Part shown: one piece after another, positions 50,763-64,000 of the stretch
How the letters are laid out: every line of letters begins with the position of its first letter
How positions within the stretch are numbered: the first letter of the stretch is position 1
Assembly (NCBI RefSeq): GCF_048593235.1
Contig: NC_133619.1
Coordinates: forward strand, 75,034,454 to 75,098,453
Reading direction: 5' to 3'
Length of the DNA: 64,000 bases
DNA from: Sminthopsis crassicaudata
Lineage: Eukaryota
Translations under genes and position numbers: made by a program
The notes under the pieces: generated by a model
Seen by the model: the letters and a program-made list of their open reading frames with translations, nothing else
The model's database searches: none
What the model was told of the DNA's origin: nothing

Positions 50763-51542
50763 GTATTTAGTTTGTATTATTGGCATATAATGTCTCTGGT
50801 GTTTATTTTACATTATTTATGAAAAAAATAGAGTTGTAAATGTTTTAGCACTAAAAAGCTATAGGGTGAATGGAAGTAACTTGCCTTTTGGAGGGTTCAT
50901 CAAACTTGGGTAAAGTTTAGAAGGAGAAAGAGAAGGAGATCAAATCTCGTGCCAAAGCAGGGGGCTGTAATCAAGGAACTTTGACTATAAGATAAGAAAT
51001 ATACTAATGAATTAGATGCTGATAGATGAGAAGCAGATGGCTAACCTTGAAATGTGCTAGGACATTTAGTTTTGATGTTAAAAGTATTTGGGATAGATAT
51101 TAGGTGCCTACATTTTAATAAAATCCTACTAAATTTGATTACAGGATGCAGAACAAGAAAAGAAGTTCAATGTAGTGAGAATTTTTAGAGATTATTTTAT
51201 TTGAAATAATAACATGAATAATAATAAAAATAATGGCTAGCACTTTAGAATTTACAAATTGCTTTACAAACATTTTATCCTAACAGGAGTCCTTTGAGGT
51301 TGGTGCTATTTTTATTCCCATTTCACAGAAGATCAAACTGGGTCAAATAGAGATTAAGAGATTTGCATAGTCACATAGCTAGGAGGTGTCCAAGGAGAAT
51401 TTGAACTCAGGTCTTCTTGACTTCAAGTCTAGTGTTGTATTTGCAATTATTGAGAATAGGATTTGAATTTATGATTTCATATATGTGAGGAATACCCAAA
51501 GGGGAAATCAATCAATGTAGATCAGCTCTTTTCTACAATTTA

Positions 51543-51798
51543 TGTTGCTATTGTTGAGCCAATTCAAGTCATGTTGATTCTTCATGACCCCATTTGAAGT
51601 TTATCCTGGCAAAGATACTTTAGTAATTTTCCATTTCCTTCTCCAGATAATTTTACATATGAGCAAACAGGATTAAGTGACTACTCCAGGGTCACACAGC
51701 TATAGTGTGACATAGAATGTATGAAGCCAGATTTTTATTCAGAAAGATGAATCCTCCTGATTCAGACCAGCATTCTTTCCACTTTAGCACCTAGATGC
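51543..51798 (-). mobile_element. Mar1-type SINE
   Basis: ttcttcatgaccccattt..tggcaaagatact..ccatttccttctccag..ttaagtgac..cagggtcacacagct. Confidence 0.75.
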
Positions 51799-53877
51799 AA
51801 TTTCTTGTCTTGGATAATTGACAAGAAAACTGAGACTTTAAATAACTTGCCCAGAATCATGTAGAAAACATATATGTCAGAGACAGGACTTGAACTCAGC
51901 TTGTCCTGGCTTTGAGACTGGCTATCTACCCTCTCCACCATGGTACCTCTCACTTTGAAACATAGTATAATATAAACTATATCAAAAATCTGATATTTTC
52001 TAGATATGGAGACCTCCTTCTAACATTGCAGATTGTAACTCATCTCTAATTTAGTAAATTGCCAAAGATCTAACACAATTTAATAAGCATTTGTGGAATT
52101 TGAGACACTTGGCTAAGCATTTTTTAAAAAATGAAATAGAATCCTTGTAATTAAGGACTTCATAAAAGACACTTAGTAAACAGGTAAATATAAACATGAT
52201 AAATGGAGAAAGTGACAAGTAAGCTTTAACAACCAAAAAGATTCAGAAAAGCTTCTTATGGGGGATATATTTAAGACTTACTGGAAGTATAGAAAAGTTC
52301 AATTATTCTCTCATGCATGGGCAATTAGTAAATTAATGGAAATTTCAAAATTAATTATAAACTTCTTGAAGTCAAGGTTTGCTATTATTTTTGCCTTGTG
52401 CACCTACCCAGCACACAGTAGGCTTTTAATAAATGCTTGTTGAATTGAATTGTGAACACATCAGAGGCAGTTTTTGAAACCCAGTCTTTTTGACTCCAAG
52501 TTCAGGCCTCTATCTAATCTACCATAATGTCTCTCACTTGATGGCAACATAATGAGAAAAGTTAATAAAAAGCTAGAGTCCCCTTTATGATATACTGACA
52601 TATCACAAATATAGAAATACCTTAATATGGAAGGTTGAAAGGTAAGACCTAAAATTGAAGACATATGGAAGGAATCTTTCTCTATTCCTTAGTGCTTTGT
52701 TTGAAAAAGTAATTTTTCTTGTTCACAAGTAAGATTCTGGAAAGAAGAATAAATCAACTTGTGTTTATTATGATATAGTTACATACTGTGCTAAATACTA
52801 GAGATATAGGTATGAAAAATTAAGAAATCTCTATTTGTGAAAGAGCTTATATTCTAAGAAGAAAAAACTAATATGAATGTTTTATTTAAAAAGAATTCAT
52901 AGCATTTGTGAGGTATTTTGAGGTCAGAATTGGTGGAGATCAAAGGAAGGCTTTATTGAAACTTTAGGGATATGTCAGGGATAAAGGTGAATATTTTTCA
53001 TCAGGGGTCAGTTGACATTATTGAAAAAAACATTTCATCACAATTACTCAGAAATACAAGCTAAATAAATGCACAAAATATCGTTTTAGAACACTTGGGT
53101 GCCTTCTTCAAGAAGCAGTCTTTTCTAGGCAGTTATGTGGGATATTACAAAGGCAAGATATTGCATACAATGCCAGTGGTCACTTTACCAATTGGTTTTA
53201 CTTAATAATTTTTCTTTATTTTTTCAGGGAAAATTCAGTTTGGAGGAGGGAATGACATCCACAAATAGCTATGGTGCAAGACAAAAAATTGCTAAAAGTT
53301 ATTTCTATAAATTTTTAAAATGAGGGCGTTGGACTAAATAACTCTAAGTTACCTTTTAGCTTTAAGGCATGATTGAAAATATTGAAACATTACATTTATT
53401 AAGTACTGTGAAATTAAAATTCTTAGTTCTTCCTAACAAAAAGCTTGTAAAAAATAATATTGTTACCACAATATTTATTTTGCCAATTTCCTCTATTCTG
53501 TCTTTTTCTTCATTTCATATTTTGAGAATAAAAATGTTTTAATATATTTCCCTAAATAATCTTCAGATACCCTCTAGCCATCCTATTTCTCCCCTCCCCC
53601 ATTTAAAAATTATCCCATTATTAGGGAAAAGAAAATATATTTGTCTTTGCTAAAGCAGATCACAGGATTATAGATTTAGAGCTGGAAAAGACCTTAGGAG
53701 TCATTGAGTCCAACCCTTTCAATTCACTGATGAGGAAACTGAGACACATTATCTATCTATTAAATCACCCAGCTAACTAGCTGAAAGTACATAGCAGGCA
53801 TCAAGTTGGCTGGTGAGATGGCTCAAGAGTAGAGAGTACAGTAAAGTATTACTAGGGCTAGTTTGAAATAGTATCCA

Positions 53878-54490
53878 GACAAAGAACTGGAAACTGGGTG
53901 GATGCCCATCATTTGGGGAATGCCTGAATAAGTTATGGTATTTGAGTGTAATAGAATATTATTGTTCTATAAGAAATGATCAGCAGGATGATTTCAGAGA
54001 GGCCTGGAGAGACTTGCAGGAACTGATGCTAAGTGAAATGAGCAGAACCAGGAGATCATTGTATATAGCAACAAGATTTATGTAATTATCAACTGTGATG
54101 GATGTGGCTCTTTTCTATAATGAGGTGACTCAGGCCAATTCTAGCAGCCTTGTGATGGAGAGAGTCATCTGCATCCAGAGAGAGATTATGGGGAATGAAT
54201 ATGAATGACAACATTGTATTTTCACCTTTTTTGTTGTTGTTTGCTTGTTTTTCTTCCTAATTTTTTCTTTTTTGATCTGATTTTTGTTGTGTAGTATGAT
54301 AAATGTGGAAATATGTATAGAAGAATTGCATATGTTTTATATATATTGCTGTCTATGGGAGAGAGTAGAGGGAAGGGAGGGAGACAAATTTGGAAAATGA
54401 AGTTTTGCAAGGGTAAATGATGAAAACTATCTTTGTATATATTTTGGAAAATAAAAAGCTATAATTTAAATAAAAAAGAAAAATATATCT
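53878..54490 (+). mobile_element. L1 3' end
   Basis: aaagaactggaaactgggtggatgcccatc..gaggcctggagagacttgcaggaactgatgctaagtgaaatgagcagaacc..polyA. Confidence 0.88.
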
Positions 54491-54730
54491 ATCAAAAAAA
54501 AAAATAGTGAGCCAGATAAGCTCACCAATCAGGATAGCAAGACCCCAGGAGAGAATCTGGAGAGATGGTGGAGTTAAACCTCCAAAGATGTAGTTTATGG
54601 TGCAGGTAGCATTTATCTTCATTGTAAAGCTATTAATTCATTGAGGACAGGTACTGTTGTCTTTTCTTTGTGTCCCCAGAGCTTATAATAATACCTGGTA
54701 CATAGTAGGCCCTTAATAAATGCTGGTTGA

Positions 54731-54903
54731 TTTAACATATTTAACATGGATTGGTCAACCTGCTATCTGGGGAAGGGAATGGGGGAAAGGAGGGGAAAAA
54801 TTAGAAAAAAGGTTTTGCAATTGTCAATGCTGAAAAATTACCCATGCATATATCTTGTAAAAATAAATAAAAAAATAAAAAGCTAAATTAAAATAAATAA
54901 ATA
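54731..54903 (+). mobile_element. Very short 5'-truncated L1 inserted into an L2/MIR tail
   Basis: Perfect 16-bp TSD aataaatgctggttga (54715-54730, 54904-54919); A-rich tail. Confidence 0.85.
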
Positions 54904-56687
54904 AATAAATGCTGGTTGACTGACTGACTGCAATAGCATTTTACCATTACTGAGTTTTGTCATATAATCACCTTGAGTCTCTATGAAGAGAGCTAAGACT
55001 TTTTTCATGAAGGAGCAAGAGATTCTATGCTCATCTTATTCTCTATTTTTAGATCTTTCTTCTATTTGAAGAAATTAGCTACCCAAAGACCAAAAGCCCA
55101 AATCAATCAGACTTTCAGCAAAATGTTATAGACATAAACTTTGAAACTTTTATTGTTTTCAATGTAGTATGAGAGAAAACATCAATAGAAGAATCGTAAA
55201 AAAAATATTTAAAGATATAAAAATTATTAAAAGAGCTTAGCGGAAATGATACTATTTCACTCACAGGGCAAAAATTTCTGGTTGACTTAGCAACATTATT
55301 TTAATGTGTAAAGAATGTGGACAAAAGATGACAGCTGGCAATTACCCATTTTCCCTGAAGCCTACAGAACAGCAAGTATGCTTAAGTTGCAACCAAGAAT
55401 AATTTGGATTGTAAGTTAGGACATATTTCCTTATGTGTCACAACCAACTTGCTGTGAATTTTTATACAATGGAAAAGCATAGCAGGAAGGTTCATTCAAT
55501 TGTATTTGAAAGATCTTTAAAAACCAGACAGATTTTTATCTGTATAAACTGGTTAATATTCTTATATAAAGAAAGAGAAAAGAAATGATCAATGGCTATC
55601 AAGCTTGTCAGTCTCTTTCAAGAAAACAAGACCCTCCTAACTTATTTTACCTGCTCCATCTTGAAGCTGAAACAAATCTCACTAGAACAAATGGGAATTT
55701 GAGTGTTGATTTGTTGTTCAATACATTTTCAGTCCTGTCTGACTTTTTATGACCCCAAATGAGGTTTTCTTGGCAAAAATATTGGAGTGGTTAGCCAGTT
55801 TTTTCTCCAGAGCACTGATTTTACTAGCAATGAACATATGTGAAGACAAATTAATTCATCGGTATGGCTTAATCTCAAGTTGCCTCTTATGCTATCATTT
55901 CTCCTGTCCCTTTCTGTGCTGAATCCTTTTATCATTTACTTTCTAAGTATCCATTCAACAAAAGTGAGCATTTTTGCTGCTTGTAAATATTCTCCTTTCT
56001 CATCTCTCTCTCTTTCTTTCTTTCCCTTTCTTCCTTCAAGTCCCAGCAAAAATCACATCTTTTTTCAGGATACCTTTCATCCCTTTTAATTCCAGTCCCT
56101 TCCCTCAGTCAATTATTTTCTGTTTATCCCATATTTAACTAATTTGTACCTAGTTATCTAAATATTGTCTCTTCATAAGAGAGCTTTTTTTGTATTTTTT
56201 GTTTTTCTTTGTATCCCAATACAGTTTAGAGTAGGCACTTAATAAATATTTATTGACCAATACTCTGACTGAACGTGATAGAAATGACTGGGAAGTGCTA
56301 TGGAGGTCTAGTTCCAGGTGAGATAAGACAGAAGTTTACTTATCAGAGCCCAGCATCTCAGAGGCAAAGTCCAAGTTTTTTTGATAGGATTATGAAGATG
56401 AATGCTTTTTGACTGACTGCATGAGTGACAGCCCTTCTTTCTCAAGCTAGCCTAGAAGTGACTCGTAGAGGGATCTACATTTACTCTGGATTGATGGGAA
56501 ATCAAACTTCAGTCACTGCAGTCATGTGAGCAAAATGCTCTTTTAACGCAGATCTTTTTTTTTTTTTAACCTTTAGTTGAGGAGAGAGGAAAAGGAAGAT
56601 TTGGAGGTGGTAAATTAGTCCCAAAATAATGATGTGAGGATGTAGAGTTTTTCTTGGAGCTGGATCCATAAGAGATCTGATTAGATG

Positions 56688-56967
56688 NNNNNNNNNNNNN
56701 NNNNNNNNNNNNNNNNNNNNNNNNNNNNNNNNNNNNNNNNNNNNNNNNNNNNNNNNNNNNNNNNNNNNNNNNNNNNNNNNNNNNNNNNNNNNNNNNNNNN
56801 NNNNNNNNNNNNNNNNNNNNNNNNNNNNNNNNNNNNNNNNNNNNNNNNNNNNNNNNNNNNNNNNNNNNNNNNNNNNNNNNNNNNNNNNNNNNNNNNNNNN
56901 NNNNNNNNNNNNNNNNNNNNNNNNNNNNNNNNNNNNNNNNNNNNNNNNNNNNNNNNNNNNNNNNNNN
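56688..56967. other. Assembly gap (N x280)
   Basis: N run. Confidence 1.
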
Positions 56968-57210
56968 TATATGTGGTGTGTACATAGGTATTTTGTCTTT
57001 CCCCCATTAGAATGTAAACTTCTTGAGGGCAGATACTGGCTTTTCCTTTTCTTTGTATCCCCAGTGCTTAGACTAGATCTTGGCACACCATACGCATTTA
57101 ATAAATCCTTACTGTCTGATTATTGTTGACTCCAAAATACCACCTTGACTGTGACTCAGGTACCCAATGTATACACAAAGTCTAATTTTGTTCAACTTAA
57201 GAATGGCTTA

Positions 57211-58917
57211 AACTCTTTTGTGTAGGGTCAAGGAACTGGAAATTGGTGGATTCCCAACTGTTGGGAAATGGCTGAATAAGCCATGGTATATGACAGTGAT
57301 GGAATATTATTGTTCTATAAGAAATGATGAACAGACTGATTTCAGAAAAGCCTGGAAATACTTACATGAACTGATACTGAATAAAGTGAGCAGAATCAGG
57401 AACTTGGTACACAATAACAGAAAGATTGTGTGTGATGATCAACTATGATAGACTTAGCTCTTCTCAGAATACAACGATCCAAGCTAATTCCAATAGACTT
57501 GTGATGGAAAATGTCACCTGTAATCAGAGAGAAGACTGTGGAGACTGAATGTGGATCAAAGCAAAACAGTTTCACTTTTTTTGCTTGTTTGCTTCTTCTT
57601 TCTTGTGTTTTTTTCTCCTTTTGGATTTTTTTTCACAAACATGATAAATATGGGAACATGTTTAAAAGGATTGCACATACATAATCTATATCAGATTGTT
57701 TGTAGTCTTTGGGAGGGGGGAAGTAAGGGAAAGAGGGAGAAAACTTACAAAAATGAAGGTTGGAAAGCATTCTTTAATTAATAATTGGTCAAAGGAAATG
57801 AACAGACAATTAAAATAATTTTTAGTCATATGAAAAAATGTCCTAAATCACAATTGATTAAAGATATGTAAATTAAGGCAACTCTGAGGTACCACTACAC
57901 ATCTCTCAAATTGGCTAAGATGACAGGAAGACATAATGATAAATGTTGGAGGGGATGTGTGAAAACTAGGACATTAATGCATTGTTGGTGGAGTTGTGAA
58001 CTGATCTAACCATTCTGAAGAGCAATTTGGAACTATGCCCAAAGGGCTATCAAACTGTGCATACCCTTTGAGTCAGCAGTATCTCTATTTTGTCTTTATC
58101 CCTAAGAGATCATAAAAAGGGAAAAGGACCCACACACACAAAAATGTTTGTGGCAGCCCTTTTTGTAGTTCCAAAGAACTGGAAACTGAATGAATGCCCA
58201 TCAGTTGGAGAATGGCTGAATAAGTTATAATATATGAATGTTGTGGAATATTATTGTTCAGTAAGAAACGACCTGCAGGATAATTTCAGAGAGGCCTGGA
58301 GAGATCTACATGAACTGCTGCTAAGTGAAATGAGAAGAATCAAGAGATCATTATACATGGCAACAAGATTATATGATGATCAATTCTGATGGATGTGGCT
58401 CTCTTCAACAATGAGATGATTTAGACCAGTTCCAGCACCAGTAAAACATATGCAATCCTTCTTAACATATTTCCATATTTATCATACTGCACAAGAAAAA
58501 TCAAATTAAGAGAGTCATATACATCCAGAGAGAGGAGTGTAAGAACTGAAGTGGTTCACAACATAGCATTTTCACCCTTTTTGTTGTTGTTTGCTTGCTT
58601 TTTTTCTTTCTCATTTTTCCCTTTTTAATTTGATTTTTCTTGTGCAGCATGATAATGTGGAAATATGTTTAGAAGAATTGCACATGTTTAACCTATATTA
58701 GATCACTTGCTGTGTAGGGGATGGGAGAGGGAGGAAGGGAGGGATAAAAATTTGGAACACAAGGTTTTGTAAAGGTGAATGTTGAAAACTATCTTTGCAT
58801 GCATTTTGAAAATAAAAAGCTATCTCAAAAAATAAAATCTAAATTCCAGGAAGAAAAATGAATATTGAAAACTATCTTTACATGTATTAGGAAAATAATA
58901 TTGAGAAAAAAATTTAA
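57211..58917 (+). mobile_element. L1 3' end with a second L1 (ORF2 end + 3'UTR, about 57780-58850) nested in its tail
   Basis: Outer 12-bp TSD aagaatggctta (57199-57210, 58918-58929). The outer tail is interrupted and resumes at about 58855. Confidence 0.85.
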
Positions 58918-61614
58918 AAGAATGGCTTAGAGATTTCTCAGTATCAGATTCTTCTGTTCAGTTGCCTGGTTTTTCTGTTTCTATACTCACTGAGGAGCTT
59001 AATTTCACTTCCTAAATTCCACCAATAAAATAATAGTCTGAGCCCTGTCAACTAGCTTTTATGATCCTTAAGGAAGAAAAGTCTTATCTTTGCAACTCTA
59101 CAGAATTTATCCTCAGATTCAGGGTAAATTGATTCCTGTTAGTAGCTGACCATCTTAGCTCCATGAAACACTTTCCTCTTCCAATCCCTACTTAGAAATT
59201 CTTGGAACATTTCCACCACACATCCACTGAGAAATTCTGCCCACTCTGCCTCTGACTTAGACACACTTGTTTCTTACTCCTTTTTTCTAGCTAGTATTCA
59301 TTGTTCTCCTTTTCCCCCTCCCCTCCATACGTGACCTCAAACTTGTCTTTAATTCATTGTTGAATTTCATTCCAAGGAGTCTACTGATTCATTGATTCAG
59401 CCACTATAATATTTATACCATATACTTCCTTACCATATACAACCACTGATCTCCTATCTATGGAAAATCTAAGGGCATTATATACTGAAACATTTTTTTG
59501 TCATAGTTATTTGTCATAGACAGACACAAATAGTAGGTGTTTTATGAACACTCGTTGAATTGTTTCTTGTATATTAATATGATAAAAAAAAACTAGGTAC
59601 AAAAACACTGAAAAACTTCCATGGATTCCAATTTATCTATATTCTGAAAATGACTAAATGGCAGAGTAACTGGACCTGAAGTTAGGAAGTCCTGTATTCA
59701 AATCCATTTTCTAATAGGTATGTGATCCTGGCCAACTCACTTACTCTCTTTGACTCAGTTTCTTCAAATGTAAAATGAGAATAATAATAAGATCTACCTA
59801 CCAGAGTTGATATAAGGATCAAATGAAATATTTTTAAAGTCTTAGCACATGATAGGGGTCTAATAAATGTTCTATCCCTTTCTTCCTCCCCAGTCTCCAG
59901 TGTATTAAATGACCTCTCAAGTTGGGAAGGATGTTTTAGAACTAAAGTGTTTCTTAGGCTTTTGATCTCAGTTCTTCATTTTGTACGTGATGAGAGCACA
60001 AGCTACTTCATAGAGCTTATTAATAATACAGACAGTTCTAGAACACAAATCTACTGATTTCCAGGTTGGTTCTCTGTCCCTTAGTCTTCATTCCAGCCTA
60101 ATGAATCTGTGATATAATTGGATACTCAGCTTCTAATTATTGCTTCTTTCCCTTCTTGGTATTGGCCAACCCCAGTTTTGTTTCATGTTCATTTATAGTC
60201 CTTGAGGGTTACAGGCATAAGAACTGTAGTAGATATATAATCAACCAAGAATATTTTTCTTATTGGGCTCACTACATAAAAGTGTCTTGATTTTATAATT
60301 TGATCAACTTAGAAACTCCATGTGTCAGATTAAAATGCATCCCAAAGTGTTCATATGCTGTATTCACTATTCACACCATATGCCTCTCACGTAAGATAGA
60401 ATTAAAGATTTGTATTTTTATGACAAAATATTCACTGTAGCACTATTTCACAACAGCAAAGAAAGTAGAAACCAAATGGAGGTCTAATGGTTGAAGAATG
60501 GTTAACAAATTATAATGTCTGAGTATAACAGAATAGTTTTGCTCTATATAAAAAGAATGTAAGAAATTCAAAGAAACATAGATTGCTAATTGGCCCAGTA
60601 GATAAAGCACAGAATGTAGAGTCAAAGACTTTAATATTAAAGACTAAATCTGTCTTCAGACATTTACTAGTTGTGTGGCCCTGGACAAATCTTTTAACCT
60701 ATTTGCCTCAGTCTCCTAATCTACAAAATGATGATTATAATAGCACCTACATCTTAGGATAAAATGAGACAATATTGGTAAAGCAATTACTAAGACACTA
60801 TGTAAATCCTGGCTATTTATTATTACATAGGAAGACTTGTATGAAGTGATAGTGAAAAAAGCAAAACTAACAGACCCATATATACTGCTATTCTATATAT
60901 TTTATATATCTATTCTATAACAATACTAAAAAGCTCTGTGAAACTGAGATGATCAGGGAGTATATTCCATGCACAAGGAACGACATTGAAACTATATTCA
61001 ATCAATCAATAAGTTAACAAGTATTGATTAAGCATCCATTACATTTTAGGTATAATAGTAAGCATTGAAGATAACAAATATAAAGACTGAAACAATCCCT
61101 GCTCTTACTTATATTTTACCAGAGAGATAACTATATATATAAGCATATATAGAATAAATATAGAGAGAATAAATACAAGGTAGTTTAAGAGGGAAGATAT
61201 TAGTAATTAAAGGAATCAAGAAAGGTTTCATGTAGAAGATGGATGCTAAAGTTGAGTTTTGAAGTAAGAGGGTTTCTCTGAGGTTGACATAAATAGAAAA
61301 TACATTGCAGATATGCAGGGTGACCAGTATGAAGGCAAATATGGCAAAGCTAAGTGAATAAAATCAATATTGTTATTGATTTGGCCTGCTTAAATTATTG
61401 CTCACTCTGGGGAAATAGAAAACCCATCATTTCTGCATTGATTTAAAATCATCTTCCTTTTTAATCCTAGGATTGTTGAAATCTGAAAGAACATTGGAAA
61501 GTCCATCTCATTCTTAATAAGATTCTTATTAAAATGATCCAATAGCAAGCAGATACATAGGTGTTTGTTCTACTCTTTAGTCTTTTTTTTCTTTATCTTT
61601 CTTTTTCCTTCCTT

Positions 61615-61772
61615 CCTTCCTTTTTTTTTTTTTTTGGCTAGACAATTGGAGTTAAATGACTTTCCCAGAGTCACATAGCTAATAAGTGTCAAACACATGA
61701 GAATGGGTTTAAATGCAGATTCTCCTGTTCCCATAGGGTGATGCTCTGTCTTCTGGGACACCTAGTTGCCTC
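61615..61772 (-). mobile_element. WSINE1/Mar1-like SINE (old)
   Basis: PolyT, then gacaattggagttaaatgactttcccagagtcacatagct..acctagttgcctc. Confidence 0.7.
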
Positions 61773-62263
61773 TCTTACCTTTTTAAAGTAGGAAATTCTG
61801 AAGATTTCCTTGTACTTTACAATATTTTATATAATTTTGTATCAGGAATCTCTTTCTAATAGCTAACCTAAATCCCTCACAAAAGCTAACACTTTCTCTT
61901 ATTGGAATTCACTATTAAATATTAATACATAGAAGTAATTGAATAGTTTCCCCTAGTTAACACACATTTCCCATGTTATATAACTTTTTATATTCTTCTT
62001 CTAATTGCACATATTCCATTCGTTATATCCTATATAATGTGATTGACACAAGGCCATTTTCCAAAAGCAGAGACTATATGAAATAGCTGAAGCTCTACCT
62101 CTATTATTAAGTAGACAATGTCCCAAATTATAATTCTTTAAAGACCTCAATAGGAATCCCTGTATTGACCAAGGACAACAACTCGAATGTACGAGAGAGA
62201 ATGAGAACAGAACATACAATGAACCCCTACGGATGATGATACAGAACAGGAAAAAGAGAACGT

Positions 62264-62341
62264 GAAAATCCCCTTACTAGTCACGCTGGGCCTCTTTTGT
62301 ATTGTTCTTGCCGACGCAGCAGCAAACCTGCTATATATATA
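62264..62341 (+). promoter_or_regulatory. Gamma-crystallin proximal promoter, gene 5
   Basis: AAAATCCCCTTAC, SOX CTTTTGT (62294-62300) plus ATTGTT, MARE TGCCGACGCAGCA (62309-62321), TATA (62332-62341). Confidence 0.88.
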
Positions 62342-62398
62342 GGGGCTGTCGCTGCTGTTGCCCATAGCACGGGACTCAGCATCAGCCATCACACAGAC

Positions 62399-62749
62399 AT
62401 GGGAAAGGTGAGCAAAGCTTGAAGATTCCACAGAATGTCTTTGGGGAATTGGCCCACATGTAATTTGTGAGGAATCTGGCCCATGATCATTTTTCTTCTG
62501 TTTCAGATTACCTTCTACGAAGACCGTGGCTTCCAGGGCCGTTACTATGAGTGCAGCAGTGACCACTCCAACCTCCAGTCTTACTTCAGTCGCTGCAACT
62601 CTGTGCGGGTTGACAGTGGCAACTGGATGATCTATGAGCAGCCCAACTATTCAGGCTGCCAGTACTACCTGAGGAGAGGAGAGTATCCTGACTACCAGGA
62701 GTGGATGGGTTTCAATGACTCCATCAGGTCCTGCCGCATCATCCCTCAT
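62399..62749 (+). CDS. CRYGD: Gamma-D/E/F-like crystallin, partial. Exons 62399-62407 and 62507-62749; exon 3 lies beyond the window
   Basis: [23 protein letters not shown] and IPH are D/E/F-type features (recalled). It follows the C-like gene. The donor gtgagt is at 62750. Confidence 0.82.
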
Positions 62750-64000
62750 GTGAGTTTATAGATTTGGTTCAAATCATAGACTTGCCATTGATTGGCAAAA
62801 TTTAAATTTTGAGCAATTCATTTTACCTCTGCAGAACTCAGTGTTTTCATTTGTAAATGAGATTCAGTGGATTCAAACATCCCTTTCATTTCTAAACCTA
62901 GAACACTATAATACCAAGAAAAGGCCAGTGGACTTCAAATTGAAATTTTCGAACCATGTGAAAACTGTATGGGGATTTGACAAGCAAATATTCAGAATAT
63001 CTGGCAGAGTTCAGATGAAGTTTTAAAAGAAGTTATTTTATTAAAATTTAATAAAGGTTTGCCAATAAAGAGAGTGATGAACAGCTAATATATTAACAAG
63101 TATTGATCAAAAACATGGTATGTGCTCTATACACAATAGATGCCATAGTAGTTAGAGAATATATTACATGATACTTATTCTCAAGAATTTTAAAAGATGA
63201 AAAGAAAAAAAAAATGAAAGAAAAAAAGTACTAAACAAGGTAGTCACCAGAATAGAAAATTGGAAGGGATAAGTCAAATATAGGTAGTTTTTCCTTAAGC
63301 TAGTCCACCCTCTTTTCTTCAGGCAATATGTACACTAAAATATATTGCATTTTTAACCTTGGTGTTCTTGGAAATATATATATATAAACTCAAGAAGATC
63401 TATATTTTGAGTCTGAGATGTCCCAATAAGAAATGATAAAGTACTGAATGGGAATGACAGGGACTTAGATACACACTGTCAGAATACCATAGAATCCTAC
63501 TCTCTTGATAAATGCAAATATTCTAAATATTTTCTAAGATTTAAATTTCAAATCAATGTTGAATCATTCATTTTGGAGATGGCCTTAGTAGGTTAAACTT
63601 ACCTTTACTTGGTTTTACTACCAAACTAAGCCAAGGATCAAAAATATTAGTAAACCAATAAATTAAAACAGCAATAGTCTTTCAACCATGAGACTAACAG
63701 ATTGAAGACTACATAGTAATCAAGTAATCATGTCATCCTCAGAAGCTTTCTGACCCTTTTAGGCAATTGAGTACACTCTTGGTTCTTCTGATGGCAGATT
63801 GTATCATGTGGAGAATTACTATTTCTGTATTTCTTCAACTCTATCAATGGAATGATTATTTTACAAATTCTACTTTGTACAGAGAAATATAATAAATGGT
63901 CTTTTGAAAGGGTGAAATTAACAAACCTAATCTGTGATTGTTAATTAAATGTGGACAAACTCTCACTTTTTATTTTTCTACCTTTTCTTTCGATGGGCCC

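Noticed and set aside
45560-57086. ORFs containing X runs
   Set aside because: Artefacts of N gaps.
1-64000. CRISPR arrays, rRNA, true tRNA genes, prokaryotic systems
   Set aside because: None seen. The tRNA-like A/B boxes all belong to SINE heads.

Overview
Vertebrate, AT-rich, CpG-depleted genomic DNA with three short assembly gaps. The repeat content (tRNA/CORE SINEs of WSINE1/Mar1 type, RTE-tailed SINEs, marsupial L1 3' ends, an OC1-like hAT MITE) points to a marsupial, probably a dasyurid. The window holds the 3' coding exons of C2orf80 (about 6.9-15 kb), followed by a head-to-tail gamma-crystallin (CRYG) cluster on the + strand. There are four complete three-exon genes with intact ORFs (ATG at 17358, 27566, 38108, 48964) and exons 1-2 of a fifth (ATG 62399). 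All five have the TATA/MARE lens promoter; the SOX site is intact in three. Genes 3, 4 and 5 look like CRYGB, CRYGC and a CRYGD/E/F-type gene. Between C2orf80 and the B-like gene there are two genes where eutherians have only CRYGA. They look like reciprocal domain mosaics: A-type N-domain + C-type C-domain, then D-type N-domain + A-type C-domain. This is the main thing worth following up. Orthology calls rest on remembered human/mouse/bovine sequences, not an alignment. All counts were made by hand. TE boundaries are approximate unless a target-site duplication (TSD) is given.
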